Shown piece by piece: positions 28,413 to 38,932 of a stretch of 64,000 bases of DNA (the stretch's first letter is position 1; every line of letters begins with the position of its first letter). Location of the stretch: positions 1,219-65,218 of IMG/VR virus record IMGVR_UViG_2974750029_000001; one strand, written 5' to 3'. Origin of the DNA: a virus (lineage: Duplodnaviria > Caudoviricetes). The notes below the pieces were generated by a model. That model saw only the letters and a list, made by a program, of their open reading frames with translations, was not told the origin of the DNA and did not search any database. A program made the translations under genes and the position numbers.

Positions 28413-29528
28413 ATGACCACACCCAACACCGTCCGCGAGGCCATCGCGCAGCTCGTGCTGCGTTGGGATGGCGACGCGATGGACTACGAGTCCGAGCGTC
28501 GTGCGTTCATCGAGGTGACCAACGGCCAGGGCGAGCTGCAACTCCCGCGGGGACGGCAGGGCGTGCCCGGCCAGGACGGCGAGCCAGGGCCGAAGCTCGC
28601 GCCGGATCTCGTGCTCGAAGAGGACGACGACGCCGACATCACCTCGCAGCTCCCGACCGGACTGGCCGCAGGCGACCGCGGGTACGTCGTCATCAACGAC
28701 ACCACCAACACCGCGTGGTTCTGGTCCGGCACCCAGTGGAAGGTCGTCCACGACGTCGTCGGTATGCGCGGGGAGATCGGCCCGTCGGTCGGATTCCAGA
28801 TCGGCAGCGTCACCACCTCGCCGTCCGGCGGGGCCGCGTCGGTCTCGATCGACCCCGGCTCGACCTCGACCAACAAGATCCTGAACTTCACCCTCCCTCG
28901 CGGCAACCAGGGTGCGGTCGGCGTCGGCCAGAAGGGCGACCCCGGCGATGCGCTCGCGTCGGCCGCCGACGTGCTCATGCCCGACGGCGGGCCCGACGAC
29001 GGCGACGTGCTGGTCTTCGACGCGCCGACCCAGAAGTGGATCCCGACCACCTTCGCCTCGGGCCCTGTCGGCCCGTATGGCTTGGGGTCCAACGATTTCA
29101 ATGCGATCAACGACAGCGCGTGGCCGCAGACCTACAAGGTCGTCGCGCAGATCACCGTGGAGCCGCAAGGATTCGCCTGGCACCCGCGGGTGTTCGCGCA
29201 GTGCGACGTCCGGCTCACCGGCGTGCAGGCGCGCGTGGACCTCGAAGCGCGCCTCGGCTCGCCGACGGGCCCGGTCGTCGGCCGCGGACCCGGCAACACG
29301 ATCACCGCGATCATCGACAACTACTACCCGCGCGACCTGTCGCCGACCTTCGAGGGGTCCCCGATCAGCCCCGGGTCGACGGCGTACTCGGTGCCGAAGG
29401 GCGAGCCCGGCACCATCTACCTCGTCATCAGTCGAATCGACACGTTGGCGACGTTCGGTGTGCAGACGCGCAAGGACCGCGCGTCGATGGTCGTCTACTG
29501 CGACCCGATCCCTGGCTCCGAGGGGTAG
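28413..29528 (+). CDS. Minor tail protein with short collagen-like repeats
   Basis: G-X-Y triplets and LNFTLPRG motif; tail module position. Confidence 0.85.
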   Translation: MTTPNTVREAIAQLVLRWDGDAMDYESERRAFIEVTNGQGELQLPRGRQGVPGQDGEPGPKLAPDLVLEEDDDADITSQLPTGLAAGDRGYVVINDTTNTAWFWSGTQWKVVHDVVGMRGEIGPSVGFQIGSVTTSPSGGAASVSIDPGSTSTNKILNFTLPRGNQGAVGVGQKGDPGDALASAADVLMPDGGPDDGDVLVFDAPTQKWIPTTFASGPVGPYGLGSNDFNAINDSAWPQTYKVVAQITVEPQGFAWHPRVFAQCDVRLTGVQARVDLEARLGSPTGPVVGRGPGNTITAIIDNYYPRDLSPTFEGSPISPGSTAYSVPKGEPGTIYLVISRIDTLATFGVQTRKDRASMVVYCDPIPGSEG

Positions 29529-29531
29529 CCG

Positions 29532-31934
29532 GTGACCGACGCTATCGAGCTCAACCGGCGGACGCCGGAGGAGCTGCTCCGCGCTGGCGAACAGCTCGCG
29601 CTGAAGGCCGACATCTGGGATCCGGCGTCAGTCAGCGAGATCGTCGCGAAGATCTTCGACCTGTTCGGACTCGACATCCCGAACTGGCAGACCGCGCTGG
29701 CGAACTTCGATGCGCTGAAGGATGCCATCGCGGGCAACTACGTCGGTAATGACTTCGCGCTCAACGCGATCCAGAACATCATCGGCACCATCCGCAAGCT
29801 CGCGACGGGCCTGATCCACCCGTCGCGTCTCCCGTTGATCCCGTTCTCGCACATCGGCGAGAGCTACCCGAACCTACTGGAGAACGGCGGGTTTGACGGG
29901 GCCGACTCCCTCGACGGCGAGGACGTGTGGACGTGGGACGCCGATGAGGGCAAGACCTCTCCCGGCTCGGCGCGCACCTACGGCAGCGGCACGCGCAAGG
30001 TGCTGCTGTCGAATCTCGTCGCGGCCACCCCCGGCCAGAAGTTCCAGGTCGCCGGGTGGGCCAAGTGGTCCGGCCTGACTGGCGCAGCCAACGCGCTGAG
30101 GGTGTCCGCGGTGGCCTACAGCGGGGACGAGATCCTCTCCGAGACTCCGATGGCGACGCGGAACTCCCCCGCGTCGAGCTCGGGATGGACCGAGCTGACC
30201 GGCACCTACGAGGTGCCCGAGGGAGCCGACGGCGTCCGCGTGCAGGTGGAAGTCGGCGCGAGCGTCGAGACCGGCACGATCTGGTGGGACGACATGCGGC
30301 TGTCGAAGTACGGCAGCCTCCCCCAGCGGTTCATCAATGGCCTGGCCGACGCGCTCGGCGACCTCGGCGCGGGCATCGTCGCCGTGGTCAATCAGATCGG
30401 CGCGTTCTTCGACCGCATCACCGGCCGCGTCGGTGCAACCATCTCCGACATCCAGGAGTGGGTCTCTCAGCTCAAAACGATCCTCTCCGGCGGGACCGTC
30501 GGCGCAGGCCTGCTCCCGACGCTGTCCGAGGCACTGCGGACCGGCGTCCACAACCTCCAGTCGTTCGTCCAGAACATCATCGACACGATCCTCTCCGCGC
30601 TGCGCAAGGTGCCGGTCATCGGCGGCCTCCTCGGCGACGTCGAGCAGGACATGGGTCGGCTGGCGAGCACCGCAGAGGTTGCCAACTCGATCGCCGTCAC
30701 CAGCCGGACGCTGGCGCAGTCGACGGTCTACAACATCGCCACCAACCGCCCGCTGTGGTCGGGCATGGACCCGACGGCCGAGGTGTCCTTCCCCTGGGGT
30801 GACCTGTCGGTGGCGACCGGAGCCAACATCTCGACCCAGACTCTCACCAACACAATCTCGCGTATCGCGAAGGTGCGTTGCCAGGTCGACCAGGTGATGA
30901 ACACCGTCGCGATCCTCGCCTCGCGCTCGGGCTCGCAGCAGCTCAACCTGAACATCTACAAGTACAACGAGGACTCGGCGAAGTGGGTGCGGATCTACGC
31001 CTCCCCCTCGCCGGGGTTCGGCGCGCTCATCGGTGCCTCGCTCAACCGCGTCACGATGAAGATCTCCGAAGACGGCATCGCAGTCAATGCCGGTGAGCTC
31101 TACGCCTTCGAGTTCATCGCCTCCGGCGGCAACATCACCATCGCCTCCAAGGGATTCCCCGTCGCGCCGATACCTGGGGTGGTGCCCGGCGCGCTCGGCG
31201 GGGCCCGCAACCCGACGACGATCAGCAACTTCAGCGAGATCAGCTCGACGCTGATGGAGAGCTACAACGACGGCAACACGATCTACCTGGAGTTCGGTTC
31301 CGACCTCGGCGTGCTGGAGATCCCGCGGCACTACTACGTGTCGTTCGACAACAGCTCGTGGCAGAACTGGATCCGCAACACCCAGCACGACTCGCAGCTC
31401 CAGATCACCAACGGCCGCGTCGCCTACGGACCGGCCGGGACGATCGACGCCGGTCTCCAGGTCGCGACCTTCGGCTCACAGACCCTCACCGATCAGTGCG
31501 CGGTGCAGGCGGACTTCTTCGGGATGAAGGCCAGCGCCTTCTCCGCGGTGGTCCTCGCGCAGACCAACGAGACCGCCTCGACGCTGGCCGACAACTGCGT
31601 GCTTGCGCTCTACAACTACAAGGCCGACATCATGACCGGCGGGACCGTGCGTGCCACCATGAGCCTGACTCTCGGCGACGGCACCTATCGCCTGCGCCGA
31701 GAGTTCATCGACGGGGTGCCCGGCAGCATCTTCCACGGCGAGCGGTGGGACGGCGTCCAGTGGGTTGAGATCGTCCAGTGGCACGACAACACCGACATCG
31801 TCGCGAAGGGGCCCGGTCGCCGTTTCGGCGCGATCGGCATCCGCCGAGCCCTGGTCAACAATGGTCCGCAGCTCGACAACTTCCAGCTCTACGACATCGA
31901 GACGGTCACCGAGGAAGTCCCCGAGGAGGAGTAG
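29532..31934 (+). CDS. Minor tail protein with carbohydrate-binding-like domain
   Basis: NLLENGGFD...WTELTGTYEVP...WWDD CBM-like segment. Confidence 0.85.
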   Translation: MTDAIELNRRTPEELLRAGEQLALKADIWDPASVSEIVAKIFDLFGLDIPNWQTALANFDALKDAIAGNYVGNDFALNAIQNIIGTIRKLATGLIHPSRLPLIPFSHIGESYPNLLENGGFDGADSLDGEDVWTWDADEGKTSPGSARTYGSGTRKVLLSNLVAATPGQKFQVAGWAKWSGLTGAANALRVSAVAYSGDEILSETPMATRNSPASSSGWTELTGTYEVPEGADGVRVQVEVGASVETGTIWWDDMRLSKYGSLPQRFINGLADALGDLGAGIVAVVNQIGAFFDRITGRVGATISDIQEWVSQLKTILSGGTVGAGLLPTLSEALRTGVHNLQSFVQNIIDTILSALRKVPVIGGLLGDVEQDMGRLASTAEVANSIAVTSRTLAQSTVYNIATNRPLWSGMDPTAEVSFPWGDLSVATGANISTQTLTNTISRIAKVRCQVDQVMNTVAILASRSGSQQLNLNIYKYNEDSAKWVRIYASPSPGFGALIGASLNRVTMKISEDGIAVNAGELYAFEFIASGGNITIASKGFPVAPIPGVVPGALGGARNPTTISNFSEISSTLMESYNDGNTIYLEFGSDLGVLEIPRHYYVSFDNSSWQNWIRNTQHDSQLQITNGRVAYGPAGTIDAGLQVATFGSQTLTDQCAVQADFFGMKASAFSAVVLAQTNETASTLADNCVLALYNYKADIMTGGTVRATMSLTLGDGTYRLRREFIDGVPGSIFHGERWDGVQWVEIVQWHDNTDIVAKGPGRRFGAIGIRRALVNNGPQLDNFQLYDIETVTEEVPEEE

Positions 31935-33039
31935 GTGTGGACCCCGAGTCCGCAGCCGGACACTCCGATCAACCCCGGCCTGGGATGGTCCCTCGACGGG
32001 GTGCTTGACCCCATCGCCGACCCGGTGCAGGGGTGGACGGTCAAGCGCCAGCTCCTCGCGCTCATGGAGACGCACGCGGAGTTCCGCGCCGGGATCAAGG
32101 CGATCCTCACCGGCCAGCAGACCGCACAGGCCTACTCGACGGCGGCCATCGTCGCCAAGCTCATCGGCATCGCGCCGAGCCGCACCCTCGGCGGCGGGGA
32201 AGGCGAGGCGATCGACGCGCTGATCAAGGCCTACCTCACCGGCTGGGTGAACACGCTCGGGACCTTCACTGCGCGAGGGGCATTCTCCTCCAAGGGCACC
32301 TACCCTGCCGCCGCGGCGTTCACCGGCGGCCTGCACGTCAGCCTCGGAGGCACTGCGTTCGGCCAGTACTCGTCGTCGGCGGAGGCGTTCGCGCACCTGG
32401 CGGGATCGGCGACGGCCACAGCCAGTTTCAGCGCAGCGGCCGCCTACGGGGCCATGCCGCCAGTGGTCACGCAGTACACCGCGCCGGGGACGTTCCCGAT
32501 CTCCGCCCCGTCGTGGGCGAACCGTGTCGAAGTGGTGTTCATCGGCGGCGGCGGCGGGGGTGGAGGACACGCCGCGAACAGCGTCCTCACGGGCAAAGGC
32601 GGCGGGGCGAGCACCTGGGTGTCGGGGGGCCCTGATGCGCGGGGTCAACTTCCCCGCGGCGGCAGAGCAGTTGAGTATCACGATCGGCGCAGGCGGTAGC
32701 GGGTCGAACTCCAACGGCGGGAGCGGCTACCCCGGTGGGGACAGCTCCGTCGAGGTCCCCGCTGCCGGGGTTGTGGCGACCTCTCTGGGTGGTTCTGGGG
32801 GAGCCGGGAATACCTCTGGCTCCCCAACCGCCGGTGGGACGCCGGGGAACCTCTACGTGTTCGACACGATGTTCACTGGCGGCACCGGTGGGTCCTCGGG
32901 GACTGGCAGCACCAACGCAGGCGGCGGGACCGCTCCCGGCGCAGGCGGCGGCGGAGCGGGTGGTGGCCTGATCAACCCTCGCCGCGAGGGAGGGCCAGGG
33001 GCCCGCGGTCAGGGGTGGGCTCGTGTTCGACAGTGGTAG
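31935..33039 (+). pseudogene. Glycine-rich minor tail protein split by a +1 frameshift in a G6 run
   Basis: ORF 31935-32699 loses its Gly-rich character after STWVSG, while the +1 frame continues ALMRGVNFP...LSITIGAGG to 33039. Removing one G from 32624-32629 gives one 367-aa ORF. Confidence 0.75.
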
Positions 33040-33054
33040 GAGAGAATAGGGCTC

Positions 33055-33399
33055 ATGGCAGCAACCAACGCAGACAAGCAGGACATCGCGAACTACATCG
33101 CGTCGACAGGAGCCAAGATCACCGCGCACAGCGGCGATCCCGGCACCACCGGGGCCAACCAGATCGGCTCCAGCTCGGGCAACACCACGTGGGGATCGGC
33201 GGCTATTGTCGGCAGTGACGCCGTCGTGACCGGTTCGGCCGTAGCATTCACCATCCCCGCCAACACGACGGTGAGCCACTTCGGTATCTGGAACGGGTCG
33301 ACGTTCCGCCGCGGATACGCCCTCGATGCCTCGATCTCGGTCGGGGCCAGTGGATCTGCGCCGGTCGACATCACCCCGAAGATCAAGTACACCGGTTAA
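33055..33399 (+). CDS. Minor tail protein
   Basis: HSGDPGTTGAN and VSHFGIW motifs; AGGAG RBS. Confidence 0.8.
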   Translation: MAATNADKQDIANYIASTGAKITAHSGDPGTTGANQIGSSSGNTTWGSAAIVGSDAVVTGSAVAFTIPANTTVSHFGIWNGSTFRRGYALDASISVGASGSAPVDITPKIKYTG

Positions 33400-33458
33400 G
33401 GACTTTCGTGCCACTTCGGCCCCCGGTGATACCGTCGGGGGACCGGAGAGGGGTGAGC

Positions 33459-34091
33459 ATGGCCGACGGCGACGTCATTCTGAAGTTCGACCACGTCATC
33501 ATTCCCCAGGAGACCTATTACTGGTGCGGACCTGCGACGATGCAGGTTCTATTGTCGATTCGCGGCATCCATGTCACTGAGAAGTACATGGCTGATCAGC
33601 TCGGCACGACCGTCAACGGGACCGACACGATCCTGTACCTGACGCGCGAGCTGAACGAGCGCCTTGGTGACATTTATCGCACCGTCCAGGTCCCAGGGAA
33701 GGGTGACCTCGAAGCGTTCCGGCGGCACGTCCGCCACTCGATCGACAGCGGCTACGGCGTCGCGGGCAACATCATGGTGCCGCCGTCGAATTACCCACGG
33801 CCACAGCGGGGTGAGCGCGCCGCCTACAGCGGGGGCTGGGTCTACCACTACTGGTCGATCGTCGCCTACAACGCGCGTCTGGACCAGGTCGCCATCGCCG
33901 ACAGCGGTTTCCCCGACTACTTCTACTGGGTGACCACCGCGCAGGCGTTGTCGATGATCGAGGGCAAGGGCTACTCGTGGGCCGCCAACGCCGAGCCGGT
34001 CGACGACTTCTTCGACTCGTTCACCGACGCCGAGCTCGCGCTCATCCTCGGGGCCGCGCGTCAGCTTGGAGAGCCGCAGGTGGCCTCATGA
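33459..34091 (+). CDS. Lysin A, C39-like cysteine peptidase part
   Basis: QETYYWCGPA catalytic Cys, YHY His and IADSGF Asp. Confidence 0.85.
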   Translation: MADGDVILKFDHVIIPQETYYWCGPATMQVLLSIRGIHVTEKYMADQLGTTVNGTDTILYLTRELNERLGDIYRTVQVPGKGDLEAFRRHVRHSIDSGYGVAGNIMVPPSNYPRPQRGERAAYSGGWVYHYWSIVAYNARLDQVAIADSGFPDYFYWVTTAQALSMIEGKGYSWAANAEPVDDFFDSFTDAELALILGAARQLGEPQVAS

Positions 34092-35107
34092 ACGGCGAGA
34101 TCCTGCACCGCGCACTGTCTCCCACCGCCAAGAGCGTCGCCGACATGGAGGTCTTCGTGAACCCCGTCGTCGCCGCAATGGAAATCGCCGGAATCAACAC
34201 GGTGCGCCGGGCCGCAGCATGGTTCGCCACCCTCGGCGAGGAGACCGGCGGGTTCGCCAACTTCGTCGAGCTGTGGGGCCCCACCGCGCAGCAGCGAGGG
34301 TACGAAGGTCGCGCCGATCTCGGCAACGCCCAGCCCGGCGACGGCTACCGCTTCCGCGGTCGCGGTGCGATTCAGACCACCGGCCGGAGCAACTACCGCC
34401 AGTTCGGGCAGTGGTGCCGGGCCCGCGGGCTGGTCGACGACCCCGACTACTTCGTGAAGAACCCCGACCTCGTCGCAAACCCGCGGTGGGCCTTCATCTC
34501 TGCGGCGATGTACTGGTCGACGACTTCGCGTTACGGCAAGACCATCAACGAGTGGGCCGACGCCGGGGACATCCTGGCCGTCAGTCGGTGTGTGAACGGC
34601 TGGATCGAGGGGTCCTACCCCTGGGGCTGGTCGGGCCGACAATCACGCTGGAACAACTGCCTCGCGATCGGCGAGGATCTTCTACCGGGAGGACTGGACG
34701 ACATGAACGACGCAGACAAGAAGGCCGTGGTCGGAGCCGCAATTCAGACCGGCCAGCCGCACGTCTCCGACGCGAAGAACGGGGTCATCGGCCCGCGCCC
34801 GCAGCGGCACACGGAGTTCTACAACGTGGACGGGAACCCCTCGTTTGCGGCCAAGGGCAAGAAGCTCGCCTACGTGCGCGCGATGCTCATGGATCTGTGG
34901 AATGAACTCGTCTATGACGGGTACAAGGGTGAGGTCGAGGACCCCAATCTCGATGGCGGCCAGTACGGTTCGCCGGTGCGATTCATCATCGCCACCCACA
35001 AGAACGCGCGCCAGACCTTCCTCCTCGTGAAGGCGATTGCCGAGAAGAACGGCATCGACGTCGACAAGGTTCTGGAGCCCGCGCCGAGCACGAAGGAGCT
35101 GAAGTGA
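34088..35107 (+). CDS. lysA: Lysin A, GH19 glycoside hydrolase part
   Basis: LGEETGG, YEGRADLGN.QPGDG.RFRGRG.IQTTGRSNY and VNG motifs. Confidence 0.9.
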   Translation: MNGEILHRALSPTAKSVADMEVFVNPVVAAMEIAGINTVRRAAAWFATLGEETGGFANFVELWGPTAQQRGYEGRADLGNAQPGDGYRFRGRGAIQTTGRSNYRQFGQWCRARGLVDDPDYFVKNPDLVANPRWAFISAAMYWSTTSRYGKTINEWADAGDILAVSRCVNGWIEGSYPWGWSGRQSRWNNCLAIGEDLLPGGLDDMNDADKKAVVGAAIQTGQPHVSDAKNGVIGPRPQRHTEFYNVDGNPSFAAKGKKLAYVRAMLMDLWNELVYDGYKGEVEDPNLDGGQYGSPVRFIIATHKNARQTFLLVKAIAEKNGIDVDKVLEPAPSTKELK

Positions 35108-35424
35108 CCAACCCGAACATCCCCAACCTGCCGCCACCGGTCCCGACCGAGGCAGTTGTCGAGGAGCTGCGGGCACAGCTCGAAGCGCAGCCCTGGTACC
35201 GGCGGTTCGCCAACACGGTGACCGCGGCGGCAGGTCTGCTCTCCCTGCTGATCTGGACGCTGATCGCCAACGGGGTCGAGATCCCCGGCGAGGTCGGAAC
35301 AGCGATCGGCTCGGCGCTCGGTCTGCTCACCCTGCTCGGTCTGCTGAAGACCCCGAACGGCATCACGCCGCGAGGCGTCGAGCGAGTTGAGGATGCGGCC
35401 TCGAAGGTCGCCGAGCGATACTGA
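35104..35424 (+). CDS. Holin (putative)
   Basis: Two TM helices, QPWY...ANT and KTPNGIT motifs, directly after lysin A. Confidence 0.75.
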   Translation: MTNPNIPNLPPPVPTEAVVEELRAQLEAQPWYRRFANTVTAAAGLLSLLIWTLIANGVEIPGEVGTAIGSALGLLTLLGLLKTPNGITPRGVERVEDAASKVAERY

Positions 35425-35428
35425 TCAG

Positions 35429-35932
35429 ATGATCGACTTCCTCAAATCTCGCTTGCCTCGGCTGGGGGACTGGACGCCGACGATCCCGTTCCCCCTCCGA
35501 GCGGCGATTCTCGCGCTGTGGGCATTCGAGCCGATCTCACGTGGTGTCGACTACCTGACCGGAGCAGATCTCCAGAACACCACCACCCTGACGCAGGTCG
35601 AAAAGGCCTTCCCTCTTCCTGTCTGGGGTCTGTTCTGCCTTGTCTCGGGGACAATGATCCTTGTGGGTTTCGCTGGCCGGTGGCGTCGGGTGTCGATTCT
35701 GGGGCTCTACTTCGCTGGGGCAACGTATCTCGCGCTCGCCGCGGGGTTTGCGAGCGCAGTGTGGGAACGGGGAGGTGACGGTTTCCGTACCCCAGTCATG
35801 TTCCTGGTCTTCGGACTCACGTATTGGCTGGCGGCAATCGGATACGTCGTGAACAACAGACCACGGCTCGTCGTGGTCGATGACGACGAACTCCCAGACG
35901 CAAAGGTTCCCGATGGAAGTCCCACTCCCTAA
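35429..35932 (+). CDS. Membrane protein (4 TM), lysis cassette
   Basis: Four hydrophobic segments; RGVDY motif. Confidence 0.8.
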   Translation: MIDFLKSRLPRLGDWTPTIPFPLRAAILALWAFEPISRGVDYLTGADLQNTTTLTQVEKAFPLPVWGLFCLVSGTMILVGFAGRWRRVSILGLYFAGATYLALAAGFASAVWERGGDGFRTPVMFLVFGLTYWLAAIGYVVNNRPRLVVVDDDELPDAKVPDGSPTP

Positions 35933-36341
35933 CTCGGACAACTTCTGGCTGACCCTTCTCGTCTTCATCCTCTTCGGGTCACCGGCACTGTTCTCGAAGG
36001 CGGCCGCGAAGCTGCCCGGTTTTCTGGGTGCCGCGGGGCGTTGGTGGCAGCGCCGGTCCGATAACAGCTCCACCACCTCGAAGGTGATCACCGCGGCCAA
36101 CCTCGACCGCATCATCAGCGAGCGGGTGAGTGAGAAGGTCGGCCACATCGAGAAGGAAGTCGACGAGCTCCGCGAGGATGTCGACGACTACTCGGAATAC
36201 CTGACCTACGATGCGGGCTGGCACCGCGAGACCAACATCTACGCGGCGCAGGTGGGGTTCGAGTTCCCGCCCCCGCTGCACCTGACGTTCACCCAGTGGC
36301 GCGAACGCAAGCGTGCAGCGGAGGCGGGGCTGACACCCTAG
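35913..36341 (+). CDS. Membrane protein (1 TM plus coiled coil), lysis cassette
   Basis: N-terminal TM followed by a charged coiled coil. Confidence 0.75.
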   Translation: MEVPLPNSDNFWLTLLVFILFGSPALFSKAAAKLPGFLGAAGRWWQRRSDNSSTTSKVITAANLDRIISERVSEKVGHIEKEVDELREDVDDYSEYLTYDAGWHRETNIYAAQVGFEFPPPLHLTFTQWRERKRAAEAGLTP

Positions 36342-38932
36342 TCCTTCGCGACCCTGATGCCCTTGTAGATCAGGGTCGAGGTGACCTTGCCGTCCCGGCG
36401 GACCGAGGCCTTCTTGCTCTCGTATCCGTTGTCCCGCATCCGGCCAAAGAAGTCCCGCTTACTCAGCACGTCGCGGATCTCCTCGCGAGCGGCCCACTGC
36501 CGGTAGAGCTCGAAGAGCACGGGGGTCTGGACGCGGCCGTTCTCGTCGTCCTCGACCATCTCGTCGAGGAACATCTGGAACGTCGAGGTGCCCGCGATGA
36601 ACGTCCGCTGTCGCTTCTTGACCGACGGGGGCATGTTTACGTCGAGCCCTTCCATTAGGTAGTCGAGCAAACCATCGACAAGCCAGGAGAGGACGGCCTT
36701 CAGAGCCTCGGGGTTGTTCTTGATCGGCTCGGTCTCCACCGTGCTCGGCGGGACCTGCCGGTCGAAGGGGAGCACCAACAGACGCCGCCACAGCGCCGCG
36801 TCGCCGTCCTCGATAGTCGGCATGGAGTTCGTCGCGACGATCGGGGTGAACATCGGGGTGCGCTGCACCATGACGTTCGAGTAGAGCGCACGAGCGATGA
36901 CCGAGTCGCCACCGGTGAGCCGCTTGATCACGTCGGCGTGCAGACGGTTCCGCTGGCCGATCTCGGAGGCGAACACCACGCGGCGGGGAAGAGCAGACAG
37001 GATCTCGGGCATTGGCCCTGAGTCCCGCTTCTGGCGGAACAGCCCGTTCATGTCGATGACGGCCCCGTAGTCACCCAGGCACGCCTGTACCGATTCGAGA
37101 ATCGTCGTCTTGCCGGTCGAGGTGCCACCCTGGATGAAGACGATGCGGCGCTGCGGGTTTCCGCCGAGGAAGGCGTAGCCGAACACCTTACGCACGTACC
37201 GCCGGTAGTCGGCATCGGGGAGGAAGGTGTTGAGGTAGCTCTCCCACTTCGGATGAGTGAAGTTGGGCTCGTAGGGGATCGGGGTGTGCTGGAGGATCAG
37301 GTCTTCGGGACGGCCTTTGCGGCAGAGAGAGTCGTAGTCGACGTCGACCCCGCCGTTCTTCGCGGCCGCGGTGAGGTCGAGCACGCCGTTGCCGACGCCC
37401 CAGGTGGTCGGGTTGGTGTCGAAGTCCGCGGGGTCGATCGCGTTGCCGGAGAGGACGTGTGCCATCGACATCGAGTGCTCGATGATCGTCCGGTTGCCCG
37501 CGGTGATGGCCCGCTTGGAGTAGGCCTTGGCGAGCTTCTCGGTGTCCTCGGCCTCGGCACTGCCCTGCTCTTCGAGGATCTCGGCCTGGCGGAACAGCCG
37601 GTTGGCCGTGGCCTGGAGGGAGGCGACGACCGACTGGTTCCAGAGCAGGCCGTAGGTCTCGGACTTCGAGAGCTTGACCAGGCGGCCGATGCTCTCGTCC
37701 CACCAAGCCCAGTCGTCGGTGCCGGAGCGAATCGGCCGGATCGAATCGCCGAGCGCGTCGAGGAACATGCGCGCGCGGCCGGAGTCGTTGTCGTCGTACT
37801 CTTCGGCATCGACGATCGTGTTCCGGCGCTCCACCCACTGCCGCAGCATCTTCTCGCGGAACAGGTCGAGGTCGATGTTGCCGTCCTCAGCGGTGTATCC
37901 GCCGACGGGGGAGATGCGGATCAGGTCGTTGGCGATGTCGTCGCGCAGCTTCGAGACCTCGCCGCACAGTGCGCGTCGCCACTCCGCCTGGGCCGCCGAG
38001 ATGTCGCGCCGGGCCTCTTCGGACTCCGCCCCGCCGAGCACCTCGGTCAGGAACGCCTGCCGGACACGGTTGATCGCGATCTTCAGGCCGTGGTGACCCT
38101 CGGCGGAGAGCTGAACGACCTCGTGCAGACGGGCAATCAGCAGGTCGTGTGCGCCGGTCGACATCTCCTCGCGCAGCTTCTCCGGCTCGGTGACGCGGTT
38201 CATCTGCCCCGAGGGATCGTTGTCGTAGCCAGGGATCTCGGCCTGGAGCCAGCCGAAGGCCTCTTCGACGTCGTCGATCTCCTCGATCTTCCGAGCCTCT
38301 CCGGCCTCCCCCTTGAACAGGTGGTCGACCCAGGACTCGGGGAGGTCAGGGAACTCGGCGACGTGCGGAGGCTCGTCGAGGGGCTGGTCGTTCGCGTCGT
38401 ACCACTGGTACGCACGTCCGTCTGTCTCCGAGGGCCATGCGACGGCGTAGCGGTGGGTGCGCTGGATGATCTCGATGTCGGGGCCGGGCTTGCCGCGCCA
38501 CTTCGCGTTGGCGGGGACGCGGAAGAACCGGATGCCCGAAGGGTTTTCGGGGTCGCGGGAGGTCGATCGGTAGGTGCGAGGCAAGGGCCCGAGCTGCTCG
38601 ACCAGGTCGGTGAGCGTCTCCCCGCCGTGCTTCTCGTCGTAGTCATCGACGTCGATACCGAGGAGCTCGTAGAGCACCCCGTCGACGGGGAACTGCGGCA
38701 TCCGCAGACCCAGGTTTGCGGAGGCGATCTCTTCGCACCAGTTGTTGATCTTGTTGATGTCGGGGTAGGGCTTGTTCCCGGTGGAGTCGTCCGGCGGCGG
38801 ATACTTCATCCCTTCGGGCAGCGGGAGCGGGCTATTCCATCCGCGCCGGAGGTAGATCGAAGCGTGATCGCCGTAGATGTCGGACAAGGGTTGTCTCCTA
38901 GAGGACTTGTTCGTTGAGAAGAATCTCGTCAA
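36338..38932 (-). CDS. Bifunctional primase/polymerase fused to D5-like SF3 helicase
   Basis: GW..LPL...K.PP, NLGLRM, IDVDDY and VAWPS prim-pol motifs; GGTSTGKTT Walker A, ASE, KRLTGGD, TNSMP and WRRL. Confidence 0.92.
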   Translation of the reverse strand: MTRFFSTNKSSRRQPLSDIYGDHASIYLRRGWNSPLPLPEGMKYPPPDDSTGNKPYPDINKINNWCEEIASANLGLRMPQFPVDGVLYELLGIDVDDYDEKHGGETLTDLVEQLGPLPRTYRSTSRDPENPSGIRFFRVPANAKWRGKPGPDIEIIQRTHRYAVAWPSETDGRAYQWYDANDQPLDEPPHVAEFPDLPESWVDHLFKGEAGEARKIEEIDDVEEAFGWLQAEIPGYDNDPSGQMNRVTEPEKLREEMSTGAHDLLIARLHEVVQLSAEGHHGLKIAINRVRQAFLTEVLGGAESEEARRDISAAQAEWRRALCGEVSKLRDDIANDLIRISPVGGYTAEDGNIDLDLFREKMLRQWVERRNTIVDAEEYDDNDSGRARMFLDALGDSIRPIRSGTDDWAWWDESIGRLVKLSKSETYGLLWNQSVVASLQATANRLFRQAEILEEQGSAEAEDTEKLAKAYSKRAITAGNRTIIEHSMSMAHVLSGNAIDPADFDTNPTTWGVGNGVLDLTAAAKNGGVDVDYDSLCRKGRPEDLILQHTPIPYEPNFTHPKWESYLNTFLPDADYRRYVRKVFGYAFLGGNPQRRIVFIQGGTSTGKTTILESVQACLGDYGAVIDMNGLFRQKRDSGPMPEILSALPRRVVFASEIGQRNRLHADVIKRLTGGDSVIARALYSNVMVQRTPMFTPIVATNSMPTIEDGDAALWRRLLVLPFDRQVPPSTVETEPIKNNPEALKAVLSWLVDGLLDYLMEGLDVNMPPSVKKRQRTFIAGTSTFQMFLDEMVEDDENGRVQTPVLFELYRQWAAREEIRDVLSKRDFFGRMRDNGYESKKASVRRDGKVTSTLIYKGIRVAKD

